Virus record (IMG/VR): IMGVR_UViG_3300042564_003265
Strand: one strand, 5' to 3'
Length of the DNA: 53,323 bases
DNA from: a virus
Lineage: Duplodnaviria; Heunggongvirae; Uroviricota; Caudoviricetes
Shown one piece after another: positions 18,531-28,591 of the stretch (within the stretch, counting starts at the first letter, position 1; every line of letters begins with the position of its first letter). The notes below the pieces were generated by a model, which was given only the letters and a program-made list of their open reading frames with translations, did not search any database and was not told the origin of the DNA. Made by a program: the position numbers and the translations under genes.

Positions 18531-19556
18531 TTATTTAGGTTTCATTAATAAACCATTAAGTCTATTTGTCAATGACAATAAGTACTTATAGTACATTAAA
18601 CTAATTTCATCAGATTTTGTCTGTTTAGGGAACATATTATCAATAATTGTGATATAATTTAAACCGTTAAAATCTTCTATTATTCTTTCTTTAATTAGGA
18701 AAATAACCTCCTCAAAATTTTTATATCCGTTAAGATGTAAGAATCCATTAAAATCAAACATCACTCTCTTAAATAAGTTATGGTAATCATCTACCATCAC
18801 CAAATCATCATTGAATCTAAACCCAAAAGGAAAATCCCAATCCTTACCCGGTGTAAATTCAATATAGGTTGGGTTAAAATCAAATATAAATTTGAAGTTA
18901 TTTAAATTGTGGTCATTTTTTAACATCCTCATAGCCGCAGGAATAAATAACTGTTCAATGATACAAGCGTTATAATAGTTAGAATCAAAAAATTCTCTAT
19001 TATCATAATACAACTTTAAACAGTAATCTGACGCCTCTTTAATTAACTCGTGGTTATGTCCACCGAACACTGACATATTTGGTACGTTATTGAATTTAAC
19101 ATACTTTAAAAACTCTTCAGGTAATTTGGACTGCAGTTCAAAACTTCTTTTAACATATGTGGTATAAAATGAAGTATTAGATTTTTCAAAATTTAATATA
19201 TCCCCACTACCTTCAGGAAACGTTGAGTAGATGTTTTCAAAATCGTTAAAGAATAGTTTTTTAAATATGAATGTGTCTAAATCAATATGAATGTATGGTT
19301 CATTTTGATTGGAATAGACAATTAGTTTAGGTATTGAGAATGTTTTAACATTTACCCCTTCTAACAGTTCTGTGTTAATTTCATCATAGGGTAATCCTAT
19401 TTTTTTTACAATGTCACCAACCTCTTTATTAGTATATAAAACAACATAACCATAATGTCTTTTCGCTAACAATAAGGACAGCGACATTAAATAAAAAAGA
19501 TTTTTAGTTAATGGTCCACTATTACCTGTCTGTATGTAGGTGTGTATTATCTTCAT
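18531..19556 (-). CDS. DUF6734-like putative GT-A transferase
   Basis: VVLYTN, FSIPKL...PYIHIDLD, PNMSVFGG, IIEQ. Confidence 0.55.
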   Translation of the reverse strand: MKIIHTYIQTGNSGPLTKNLFYLMSLSLLLAKRHYGYVVLYTNKEVGDIVKKIGLPYDEINTELLEGVNVKTFSIPKLIVYSNQNEPYIHIDLDTFIFKKLFFNDFENIYSTFPEGSGDILNFEKSNTSFYTTYVKRSFELQSKLPEEFLKYVKFNNVPNMSVFGGHNHELIKEASDYCLKLYYDNREFFDSNYYNACIIEQLFIPAAMRMLKNDHNLNNFKFIFDFNPTYIEFTPGKDWDFPFGFRFNDDLVMVDDYHNLFKRVMFDFNGFLHLNGYKNFEEVIFLIKERIIEDFNGLNYITIIDNMFPKQTKSDEISLMYYKYLLSLTNRLNGLLMKPK

Positions 19557-20293
19557 ATGTTTTTAAAATCCGAGAAATTTCTACGTTTCTCAACAATATC
19601 TTTGAAGTTATTATACGTATTTTTTTTGTTATTTTCAACCAAAGACTCCCATTTTTCCGCGTATGTATCCATATCGTTTGTATAATATTCAGGTAAATAA
19701 CTTTTAACCCAATCAAGATGCGTTGTTATAGTTGGGTGCGAGTCAAATTCATCAATAAAATTATATCGTGGTTTATTTTCGTTAAAGTCCATTAAATTAT
19801 GGTGTGATAAGAACTTTTGTAAATCATTACTACATTGTACCATTCTTTTCGGAATGTTCTCTAATGGTCCCTTTTGTGATGAGACATCAAAGGCAGACAT
19901 AAATTTGTACTTACACCCAATTCCATCCAATAACTTCTTCACACTCAATATATTATACCAAGTCATAAAGTAACCGTGTTCTTCCGACCAGTACTTGGTT
20001 ACAAAATCGTGACCGTAAAGTGTTTGATTGTATATGTTACCCGCATTAACCCAATTGGATTCCTTATCAATCATATCATTTCTAAAATATTGACTGAACA
20101 TCACTAATATTGTATCATCCTCAGTAAACTTATTAACTGAATCACATTCATATATTCTTGATGCAATAAAATAGTTACCTGCACCGGCATTTGCCCAATT
20201 TTGATACTCATTAAAATTTAACCCAACGAAATCTGCCCAAGTGGGCCATATGTAACTTGTAAAGCTACAACCAAATGTAAAAAGTCTACCCAT
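19553..20293 (-). CDS. SGNH-fold protein
   Basis: FGCSFT, ANAGAGN, DSHPT. Confidence 0.65.
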   Translation of the reverse strand: MGRLFTFGCSFTSYIWPTWADFVGLNFNEYQNWANAGAGNYFIASRIYECDSVNKFTEDDTILVMFSQYFRNDMIDKESNWVNAGNIYNQTLYGHDFVTKYWSEEHGYFMTWYNILSVKKLLDGIGCKYKFMSAFDVSSQKGPLENIPKRMVQCSNDLQKFLSHHNLMDFNENKPRYNFIDEFDSHPTITTHLDWVKSYLPEYYTNDMDTYAEKWESLVENNKKNTYNNFKDIVEKRRNFSDFKNI

Positions 20294-21557
20294 TCAATTC
20301 GTTCCACATTTCTATTAAAACGTCCCTTATTGTTGATGATTGGTCGCTTTCACTATACTTCTCTTGATAAACTCGATTATAATTTTCTTTATTGTGAATT
20401 AAAACCTCATTAATTTCTTCTCTTATTTTAATTAGTTCTTCTTTCGATTTTTGTTTCAATTTCAATAGTTCACTAACTATCATTTTACTTCTCCGGTCTC
20501 TATGTGGTTCATCATCATAACTCTCATCCCACCACTTATCAAATGTCTTGTAACCTATTGATTTTAAATACTTTAACGACCCTTGATTACCGTATAAAAA
20601 GAATGGATGTCCAACCATAATTGGTTTCCAAATTTTCTCTGAAAAAAATAAGGTTCCATTATCAACTAATGTTTCAGTAACTACAGATACGAATGTTCTT
20701 TCGAAATCTTCGGTAGTGATGTTACACGCAAGATTGAATCTTAGCTCAGGCATACTTTCAATCATAAATGGTGTATTGGTGTGAAAAAAGTGATTCACTT
20801 CAGGTGCAACCGGATAAGGTAATGGATACACTATTTTGTCCAAACTTAATAATCCATCATATATCAACCCATTGTCATATAAATCAATCATAAAACGTAA
20901 TCTATGGTGTCTGGGTTGACGATTATATGAAAGGAATAGGTATTTGTCTTCCGATGGTTTAAAGTCCACCATTGGTCCTTTATATTGGTTCCACGGTTCA
21001 AAGTAATGAATACCTCTTGCTTGGTAACCGAGACCTTTGTTTTTAACAATTTGTTCACTTAATAGATTACCACACACATAGTAAATTGAATTGATTGGGA
21101 AATTCATTTCTAATCTCCACTTTTCAATCATTTCAAAATCGTAGTTACCATCGATTCCTGAATACCCTTCATAAATGAAAAACATCAGTATTTTAGACTT
21201 ACCATTTCTAATATCATCGATATATTCAGGGGATATACACTTTAAACCCAGTTCTTTATTGTGGGTGAAGAAATCGTGACTATACACATTTATGATGTAT
21301 ATGTGTTTGGAATCCCCAATCTCTTCTTTTGGAGTGTATTTTATTAAACTGCTGTGTGTTGGGGTGATTGAGTTCCTCATATGTCCATCTTGGAACATTT
21401 CCCCTTGTTCGGTATAAACATTCCATTGTCCCCACATATGAGGTATTGCCAACTTCTTAAGTTCTTTAATGTACCAGGTCTTCGACGAACCGTTTGGTCT
21501 ATAATAGTTTAGGATACTGTCCCAATCCTCTAAACTGCAAATAATATTTTCTTTCAC
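20286..21557 (-). CDS. Putative glycosyltransferase-like protein (SEK-x-x-KP family)
   Basis: GTG start; FLSYNR.PR.HR, VSVVTET, FSEKIWKPIMVGHPFFLYG, GYKTF..WWDESYD. Confidence 0.5.
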   Translation of the reverse strand: MKENIICSLEDWDSILNYYRPNGSSKTWYIKELKKLAIPHMWGQWNVYTEQGEMFQDGHMRNSITPTHSSLIKYTPKEEIGDSKHIYIINVYSHDFFTHNKELGLKCISPEYIDDIRNGKSKILMFFIYEGYSGIDGNYDFEMIEKWRLEMNFPINSIYYVCGNLLSEQIVKNKGLGYQARGIHYFEPWNQYKGPMVDFKPSEDKYLFLSYNRQPRHHRLRFMIDLYDNGLIYDGLLSLDKIVYPLPYPVAPEVNHFFHTNTPFMIESMPELRFNLACNITTEDFERTFVSVVTETLVDNGTLFFSEKIWKPIMVGHPFFLYGNQGSLKYLKSIGYKTFDKWWDESYDDEPHRDRRSKMIVSELLKLKQKSKEELIKIREEINEVLIHNKENYNRVYQEKYSESDQSSTIRDVLIEMWNELNG

Positions 21558-21596
21558 AGTTTAAATATAGATTTTTTTTTCTTAAATTTAAAGTGG

Positions 21597-21625
21597 TTGA
21601 CTATTAATAAAAAATTACTTAAATT
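21597..21625 (+). promoter_or_regulatory. Sigma70-like promoter TTGACT-N17-TAAATT driving the inverted sugar cassette
   Basis: Read directly; 13 nt upstream of ATG 21639. Confidence 0.6.
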
Positions 21626-21638
21626 AGTAGATATAGAT

Positions 21639-22607
21639 ATGAAAATTTTAATCACAGGAGGTGCAGGTTACTTAGGTTCAGTAATTACCAAAAAATTACT
21701 CGACTTAGGTCATAAGGTAACCGTTATTGACAGTTTGCTGTTCAATCAAATCTCACCATTACAATTCACTTATAATCCCAATTACAATTTTATTTACGGT
21801 GACGTAAGAAACCTTAATTTATTTGAAAGGGAAGTTAAGTCTCACGACGTTATAATTCCTTTAGCAGCAATCGTTGGTTTTCCTGCTTGTAAAAAGGACC
21901 CTGAAATGGCAACACAAATTAACTACGGTCAAATTACTAATTTGATGAGTTATGTGAGTCCAAATCAAATGATTATATATCCAAATACAAATAGCGGATA
22001 TGGCATTGGTAAAGATGATAAATTTTGTACCGAAGAATCACCATTAAATCCAATATCGGTATATGGTGAAACCAAATGTGCGGCGGAAAGAGACTTGTTA
22101 AACTATACAAATTCAATTTGTTTTAGATTGGCAACCGTATTTGGTTCTTCACCAAGAATGAGAACCGATTTGTTGGTTAATGAATTTGTTTATAAGGCGA
22201 TGACCGACAAGTACATTGTTGTATTTGAAAAACATTTCAAACGTAACTTCATTCATATTCAAGACGTTGGTGATGTATTCACATACGCATTGGAGAACTA
22301 TGATACGATGAAAGAGAACGTATATAATGTTGGATTGAGTGATGCGAACTTAAGTAAACAAGAGTTGTTGGAGAAGATACAATTGTATGTTCCTGACTTT
22401 GCAATCACATATTCAGACTATTATGAAGACCCTGACAAAAGGGATTACATAGTTTCAAATGAAAAGATTGAAAAGACCGGTTGGAAACCGAATTGGTCTT
22501 TGGATGATGGTATAAAAGAGTTAATGAAAACCTATCAAGTATTGATACCAAAAATGACCTCGGAATTTAGAAATGGATTCCCATTGGGTTATGCAAACCA
22601 CACATAA
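21639..22607 (+). CDS. NAD-dependent nucleotide-sugar epimerase/dehydratase/reductase (extended SDR)
   Basis: ITGGAGYLGS, YGETK (YxxxK), FRLATVFG, RNFIHIQD. Start reset to ATG 21639. Confidence 0.85.
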   Translation: MKILITGGAGYLGSVITKKLLDLGHKVTVIDSLLFNQISPLQFTYNPNYNFIYGDVRNLNLFEREVKSHDVIIPLAAIVGFPACKKDPEMATQINYGQITNLMSYVSPNQMIIYPNTNSGYGIGKDDKFCTEESPLNPISVYGETKCAAERDLLNYTNSICFRLATVFGSSPRMRTDLLVNEFVYKAMTDKYIVVFEKHFKRNFIHIQDVGDVFTYALENYDTMKENVYNVGLSDANLSKQELLEKIQLYVPDFAITYSDYYEDPDKRDYIVSNEKIEKTGWKPNWSLDDGIKELMKTYQVLIPKMTSEFRNGFPLGYANHT

Positions 22608-22608
22608 T

Positions 22609-23154
22609 ATGAGTAATAAATGGGATGAGTTCAAAGAAACTCCATCAAAAAAATTCGGGTATCAAGTACCTATTTTCACACCCTCAATTTATAGAGAATA
22701 TAGGGGTGAAATATTCACAACATTTCATAGTGAAGAACATCCGGTGATGAGACACATTCATTATGAAAAATCTGAAATTAGTATTCACGGTAGATTTTCA
22801 AAATCATATAAGGGAGTATTAAGAGGATTACATTATGATAACAAAACTTGGAAATTGGTTCAGGCTGCCGTTGGTGACATTTATTTGGTTGTTTTAGATA
22901 TGAGAGAAAAATCACCAACATTTGGTGAGTGGGAATCATTTATGATAACTGAAAAAGATAGAAATCAAGTATTAGTTCCTCCAGGATTTGCAAACGGACA
23001 CTTTGCATTGACTGATTGTATATTCCATTATAACTTATTTTATAAAGATGGTTATGTCGATGCAAATGAACAAGGAGTTGTTAAATGGAATGACCCCGAA
23101 TATCAAATGGAATGGCCGACAAATAACCCAATACTACAAAAAAGAGACAGATGA
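22609..23154 (+). CDS. rfbC: dTDP-4-dehydrorhamnose 3,5-epimerase (RmlC/RfbC)-like cupin
   Basis: EYRG, SKSYKGVLRGLHY, DMREKSPTFGEW, VPPGFANGH, WNDP. Start reset to ATG 22609. Confidence 0.8.
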   Translation: MSNKWDEFKETPSKKFGYQVPIFTPSIYREYRGEIFTTFHSEEHPVMRHIHYEKSEISIHGRFSKSYKGVLRGLHYDNKTWKLVQAAVGDIYLVVLDMREKSPTFGEWESFMITEKDRNQVLVPPGFANGHFALTDCIFHYNLFYKDGYVDANEQGVVKWNDPEYQMEWPTNNPILQKRDR

Positions 23155-23783
23155 TAAAAAATTTAGATGACCACCTACCAATAGTTAGGGAGATGTTATG
23201 GGATAAAGAAGGATTAATCCAATTCGAAAGAAAAATGGCTGACCATTGGGAAGCTGGGAGAGTTCGTGGACCAATACATTTAAGTGGTGGTAATGAAGAT
23301 GAATTAATTGAGATTTTTAAAAGAGTAAAAACATCTGATTGGGTGTTTTCTACTTGGAGGTCTCATTATCACGCATTATTGAAAGGTGTACCTTCAGAAT
23401 GGTTGGAACAAGAAATATTGGAGGGAAGGTCAATAACAATTGTAAACAAGGAAGAAAAGTTTTATTCAACAGCAATTGTTGGTGGAGCAATCCCGATTGC
23501 AGTTGGAGTTGCAATAGCTTTAAAACAACAAGGTAGTAAAGATAAGGTTTGGTGTTTTGTTGGTGATATGGCATTTGAAACGGGTGGTTTTATGGAAAAC
23601 TACAAATATGCTAGAAACTTTGATTTACCAATTCAATTTGTTGTTGAGGATAATGGAGTGTCTACAAACACACCGACAGTAGAAACTTGGAAAGTAAAAA
23701 CCGAAGCACCTGAGGACGTGATTTGGTATAATTATAATAAACAATGGCCTCACTACGGAACCGGAAAATGGGTGATTTTTTAA
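23151..23783 (+). CDS. ThDP-dependent enzyme, E1-alpha-like subunit (short)
   Basis: HLSGGNE, STWRSHYH, AIVGG, GD...EDN ThDP-binding motif. Confidence 0.8.
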   Translation: MIKNLDDHLPIVREMLWDKEGLIQFERKMADHWEAGRVRGPIHLSGGNEDELIEIFKRVKTSDWVFSTWRSHYHALLKGVPSEWLEQEILEGRSITIVNKEEKFYSTAIVGGAIPIAVGVAIALKQQGSKDKVWCFVGDMAFETGGFMENYKYARNFDLPIQFVVEDNGVSTNTPTVETWKVKTEAPEDVIWYNYNKQWPHYGTGKWVIF

Positions 23784-25042
23784 ATTTAGTATACGACGAT
23801 TGGCATCAAAACGCAACACTTCCAGGTATTAACGGGGAGAAGGATTTTGGTGCAAATAACTTCAGAAGAATTGATGGTCTAATGAATTTCTATGAATTTA
23901 AAAACTTTAAAAGATTTAGATTGACAGAAGTTAAAAACTATCCCGATGAAAACTTCTATTACGTTATTGGTCATATTCACGAAATAGGACACGCGTTAAA
24001 AGCACATAACACATTACCATTACCTAACAAGGTAATCAAGCATTTAAAAGAAAATCCGAACCTCTATGTTATTTTTTTAAATGAACACGAAGTAGAAACT
24101 GAAGAAACTGTTATAGGTATTGAAAATTGGGTAATATCAAAAGGTATTGACCCTAAACAGATTTATGTAATTAATAACAATTACAATTTAAAAAAATATA
24201 AGGAAGATAATAATCTTGGTTTAAATGTACATACAATCAAATTCTTACCAATCAAAGTTGCTAAGGAGTTAGATATGCACGATACCGATTTCATTACCGA
24301 CAAACAATCTGAATTTTTTGTTTCACATAATAGAACACCAAAAGTTCATAGATATGCACTTTTAGTTTTACTTAAAAAGAATAAATTACTTCACGAAGTT
24401 GATTGGTCTTTAGTTATGGGATGGAACCATAAAGAAGATATGAGACACTCCACATTAACTACATTTTATCACGAGTTATTTACTGAGAAAGAAGTTCAAA
24501 AAATGAAAAATGAAATTGCGTTTTTTGAAGATATAGATATTAAGAAAAGTAGGTACGAAGAGAATATTGATTGGTTCGATAAGGATTGGGATAGTCACGT
24601 TAAAAGTCTTCCGTTTCATATCGAATGGAACAGAGTATATGAAAAACAAACGTATGAAAATTCATATGTGAATATAACAACTGAATCTTGTTTTAGAAGA
24701 GAAAATGTTGTTCATTTGAGTGAGAAGACCTTCAAACCTTTATTCTTTAACCAATATCCATTATATGTTGCAAGTATGGGTCACGTAAAGACGGTTAAAG
24801 ATGTATATGGGTTTGATATGTTTGAAGATGTTATAGACCACTCATACGATTCGGAACCCGACCAAAGAAAACGTTTATTCAAATTATTCGATGAAGTAAA
24901 AAGAGTATATAAAAACAAAGACAAATTTATTTCAAACTATGTCGATTTAAAGGACAGGTTTGAAAACAATAAAAAGATGGTATTAAACTTATTAAATAAT
25001 AAAGACGATGTTGATTTTTTCACATCATTGATTAACAAATAA
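23768..25042 (+). CDS. Putative glycosyltransferase-like protein (SEK-x-x-KP family)
   Basis: SHNRTPKVHR, VNITTES, LSEKTFKPL, GFDMFEDVIDHSYD. Start reset to ATG 23768. Confidence 0.5.
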   Translation: MGDFLNLVYDDWHQNATLPGINGEKDFGANNFRRIDGLMNFYEFKNFKRFRLTEVKNYPDENFYYVIGHIHEIGHALKAHNTLPLPNKVIKHLKENPNLYVIFLNEHEVETEETVIGIENWVISKGIDPKQIYVINNNYNLKKYKEDNNLGLNVHTIKFLPIKVAKELDMHDTDFITDKQSEFFVSHNRTPKVHRYALLVLLKKNKLLHEVDWSLVMGWNHKEDMRHSTLTTFYHELFTEKEVQKMKNEIAFFEDIDIKKSRYEENIDWFDKDWDSHVKSLPFHIEWNRVYEKQTYENSYVNITTESCFRRENVVHLSEKTFKPLFFNQYPLYVASMGHVKTVKDVYGFDMFEDVIDHSYDSEPDQRKRLFKLFDEVKRVYKNKDKFISNYVDLKDRFENNKKMVLNLLNNKDDVDFFTSLINK

Positions 25043-25044
25043 AA

Positions 25045-26811
25045 ATGAAAAAAATATTAATCACAGGCTGTTCAGGTTTAGTTGGTATCCACTTAGTAAA
25101 AGAGACTATTATGCGTAATCATCTCGTTATAGGTGTTGATATTAGAAAATCTGATGAATTACCCGAATCTGACAGATTCAAATTTTACGAATTAGATTTA
25201 ACTAAGGAAGAGAATGTTAGAAAACTATTTGAGGAAGAAAAACCTGACGCAGTTTTCAATTGTTTTGGTGTTAAGGGGTCACCATTAAAGGCTAAAACAC
25301 AACCGGTGGATTTCCTTTACCCATCTATGAAAATAAACACTGAGATTATCCATCAATGTGCCAAAAACAATGTTTGGTTAGTCTTTGTGAGTTCGGTTGG
25401 TGTATATGCACCGGCAGAAAAGTTTCTTGAAACTGATGTGTGGAAAACATTACCATCGGAGAACGATTGGTTCCCTGCTTGGTCAAAGAGAATTGGTGAA
25501 CTATTAATTGGTTCATATAGAAAACAGTACGGTTATAAAAAATGGACCATTGTTAGACCTGCCAATATTTTTGGTGAGTACGATGACTTTAGTGGTAATG
25601 GAACCGTTATTTCAAGTACTATTAAAAAAGTATATGAAGCAGAAGAAGGTAGTGAAATTGAAGCTTGGGGTGATGGTACACCGGTTAGAGATTTCATTTA
25701 TGCTAATGATGTTGCAGTTGCAATTTTAAATTGTTACAAATATAAAATTAATGACATTGTTAATTTAGGTTCAGGTGAAACGATTACAATTAAATCAATG
25801 ATTGAGGAAGTCATTAAGATTAGTGGTAAGAAGTTAACAATTAAATGGGACACCACAAAACCTAATGGTGATATGCGTAGACAGATGGATACAAGTCTAC
25901 AAAACGGTCATCGTTTACTTCCTTTTGTTGGATTCAAAGAAGCACTTAAAAAAACATATGATTACTATGAGAAACATTATGGAAAACTTGATTTGAATTT
26001 AGATATTGAGGAATTTCTTGAAAAGGGATTCTATAGTGGAAAGGTTAGTGAATTCATTAAAGAACACGAATACGAAGATTATAAAAAGAGACTTAAGAAT
26101 ATTATTAAGAAATCAAAAGATAAGGAAGCATATGGGTATCGTTTTGAATTTAGAGTACCAACAGAAATGTCTGAAGAGGGGTTTGATTACTCTAGAACGA
26201 TACCTGCAGAGGAAATACCTGCAAGATGGGAATTTCAGAAAGAAAAGGGATGGGATGTTGTTCAAACTTGGTGGGAGTTAAGAGACACTAAGAATATCTT
26301 TAATGATGATTTATTTTATTTTAGAGATAAAGTTTGTCGATTCCTTCATAAGTTATATCCTGGCTTAAAAGAATGGAATATTGGACACAATGACGGTTTA
26401 ACAATATATGAAAACGGTGATTTCATTGAACCTCATATTGATGGTCAAAATCCTAATAGATTTTGTGTTGTATTAATTTACTTATCACCTGAAAAAGAAT
26501 ATATTGATGGTGGTGGAAAATTAATATTACAAGATAAAGGATATTATGATGAGGTAATTCCTGTTGACGTAAATTTTGCAATATTAGATTTCTCAAAGAA
26601 TAATCCTAATCACGCAGTTGAGGCAGTAAAAAATGATTTCGTAAGATACACCTATATTAACTTCATCGAAAGAAGAGAATTCGGTCCACCAAAAAGATAT
26701 ATAGGTGATGAAGAAGTAATTGAAAAATGGGAACCCGATACTGATGTAACATATAGTTCACCATTTCAAATAAAAAATGAAACAGAAGAAAAAGTTAAAA
26801 AATTAATATGA
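25045..26811 (+). CDS. Fusion: GDP-fucose-synthase-like SDR + C-terminal Fe(II)/2OG oxygenase domain
   Basis: ITGCSGLVG, RPANIFGEYD, WGDGTPVRDFIY; then IEPHIDG...GGGKL...NHAVEAV...RYT. Confidence 0.8.
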   Translation: MKKILITGCSGLVGIHLVKETIMRNHLVIGVDIRKSDELPESDRFKFYELDLTKEENVRKLFEEEKPDAVFNCFGVKGSPLKAKTQPVDFLYPSMKINTEIIHQCAKNNVWLVFVSSVGVYAPAEKFLETDVWKTLPSENDWFPAWSKRIGELLIGSYRKQYGYKKWTIVRPANIFGEYDDFSGNGTVISSTIKKVYEAEEGSEIEAWGDGTPVRDFIYANDVAVAILNCYKYKINDIVNLGSGETITIKSMIEEVIKISGKKLTIKWDTTKPNGDMRRQMDTSLQNGHRLLPFVGFKEALKKTYDYYEKHYGKLDLNLDIEEFLEKGFYSGKVSEFIKEHEYEDYKKRLKNIIKKSKDKEAYGYRFEFRVPTEMSEEGFDYSRTIPAEEIPARWEFQKEKGWDVVQTWWELRDTKNIFNDDLFYFRDKVCRFLHKLYPGLKEWNIGHNDGLTIYENGDFIEPHIDGQNPNRFCVVLIYLSPEKEYIDGGGKLILQDKGYYDEVIPVDVNFAILDFSKNNPNHAVEAVKNDFVRYTYINFIERREFGPPKRYIGDEEVIEKWEPDTDVTYSSPFQIKNETEEKVKKLI

Positions 26812-27782
26812 TAGATAAAAACGCAAAAATTTTAATTACTGGAGGTTCTGGTTTAGTAGGTCAGAATTTAACCGAAAGATTAGTTAACGAAGGTTATACC
26901 AATATTCGTGTTAACATACATAAAAGAAATGTGAGAAAGATGTTCAACGGAGTTGATTATGTTTATCTTGATTTGGAAACTCGTGGTGGTTGTAACGCTG
27001 CAACAATTGGTGTTGACGTAGTTTTCCATTGTGCAGCTTCTACATCAAATGCTGTAGATACTGTGGTTGACCCGTTAGCTCACGTAACTCCAAATGTCGC
27101 AATGAACAATTTCTTAATTGATGCAGCGTGGAGAAACGAAGTTAAGCACTATATATTCTTATCGTCTAATACTGTTTATCCACCAAAAGGTGATGAACCG
27201 GTTATTGAAACTGATTTCTTATTTGATGAACCTTACCCCGTTTATTTTCCAGTTGGTTGGATGAAACGTTACGCTGAAGTTCAATGTGAACTCTATGCAA
27301 AATACTTACCACGAACAATGAAGTGTACAGTTGTTAGACCAGCGAATTTGTTTGGCCCTCACGATAAGTACGATTTCAATAAGTGTCACGTAACACCGGC
27401 AACAATTCGTAAAGTTGCAGATAAAATGAATCCAATACCTGTATGGGGAGATGGAACTGAATTAAGAGATTTATTATACATTGAGGACTTTGTTGAAGCG
27501 TTACAAGTTGTAATGGAGAAAGAAGAAAATATGTTTGAGGTGTATAATATCGGTTCAAACAAAGTTTATTCAGTTTTAGAAGTGTTAGATATTATGAAGG
27601 GTGTTGCACAATACGATGCACCAACTGAATTTATTTCAGGTAAACCTTCAATGATTCCAACAAGAAAAATTGATTCGAATAAAATTAAAAACCAATTAGG
27701 TTGGGAAGCTAAAACATCACTTGAAGATGGTTTGTTGTTAGCATATAATTGGTATAACGAAAACAAAACCGAATTTAACTAA
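26808..27782 (+). CDS. GDP-L-fucose synthase-like epimerase/reductase
   Basis: ITGGSGLVG, HCAA, RPANLFGPHDKYD...HVTPA.IRK, VWGDGTELRDLLYIED. Confidence 0.8.
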   Translation: MIDKNAKILITGGSGLVGQNLTERLVNEGYTNIRVNIHKRNVRKMFNGVDYVYLDLETRGGCNAATIGVDVVFHCAASTSNAVDTVVDPLAHVTPNVAMNNFLIDAAWRNEVKHYIFLSSNTVYPPKGDEPVIETDFLFDEPYPVYFPVGWMKRYAEVQCELYAKYLPRTMKCTVVRPANLFGPHDKYDFNKCHVTPATIRKVADKMNPIPVWGDGTELRDLLYIEDFVEALQVVMEKEENMFEVYNIGSNKVYSVLEVLDIMKGVAQYDAPTEFISGKPSMIPTRKIDSNKIKNQLGWEAKTSLEDGLLLAYNWYNENKTEFN

Positions 27783-28591
27783 TGAAAAAAGGAATTTTAT
27801 TTGCTGGTTGTTCTTTTACTTGGGGTCAAGGTCTTTATTATTATTCAGGATTAGAAACTCTTAAAGAACCCGCACCTGAACAATTCGATAAGAAATTAAT
27901 TAAAGATGCTCACTTGAGATTTATGTGGACATTAAGATTCCCAAGATTGGTTGCAAATCATTTTGAGACTTTTGAAATCGTTAAAAAAGAAAATGGGGGT
28001 AGTGAGGATGAATCAATAAAATTCATTAATATATGTTTTAATAATGAAAATCCACAAACTCACTTAATCGAAGAGAAGTTTTCTCACGAAGAGATTGGTT
28101 ACATAATATACCAAACAACTCAACCGGGTAGAAGTTGTTTTGAATTTACACACAGAGGGCAAACTCACAGGATGAATTGGATTGGTTCATCACAAGGAAT
28201 TCAAAAAATATTCTTTGAATGGATGGAAGAGAACGGTATTGTTGGATTTCCTGAATGGTATGTTGAGCATTGTAAGCAACAGGTTAAAAGAATCAAAGAA
28301 ACATTTGAACATTATGAAAGTAAGGGTATTAAATGTCTAGTTCTAAATTGGCAGGATGATTATGTGAAATATGTGAAGGAAGACCCTTATATGCACGATA
28401 GAATGATTTATTTAGACTATAACGATACACAATACACCAATATTGATTATATGATGAGACTTAATAATGGTTTAACCGTTAGAGATGATTATCACAATTT
28501 AGGAGAAACTCCACCAAAGGATTCTCATCCGTCAAAAAAATGTCACAGAATAATTGCAGACGCAGTAATTAAAAAAATCGAATCATTATGA
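27782..28591 (+). CDS. SGNH-fold protein
   Basis: FAGCSFTWGQG, NGGS, DSHPS...H..IA. Confidence 0.65.
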   Translation: MKKGILFAGCSFTWGQGLYYYSGLETLKEPAPEQFDKKLIKDAHLRFMWTLRFPRLVANHFETFEIVKKENGGSEDESIKFINICFNNENPQTHLIEEKFSHEEIGYIIYQTTQPGRSCFEFTHRGQTHRMNWIGSSQGIQKIFFEWMEENGIVGFPEWYVEHCKQQVKRIKETFEHYESKGIKCLVLNWQDDYVKYVKEDPYMHDRMIYLDYNDTQYTNIDYMMRLNNGLTVRDDYHNLGETPPKDSHPSKKCHRIIADAVIKKIESL

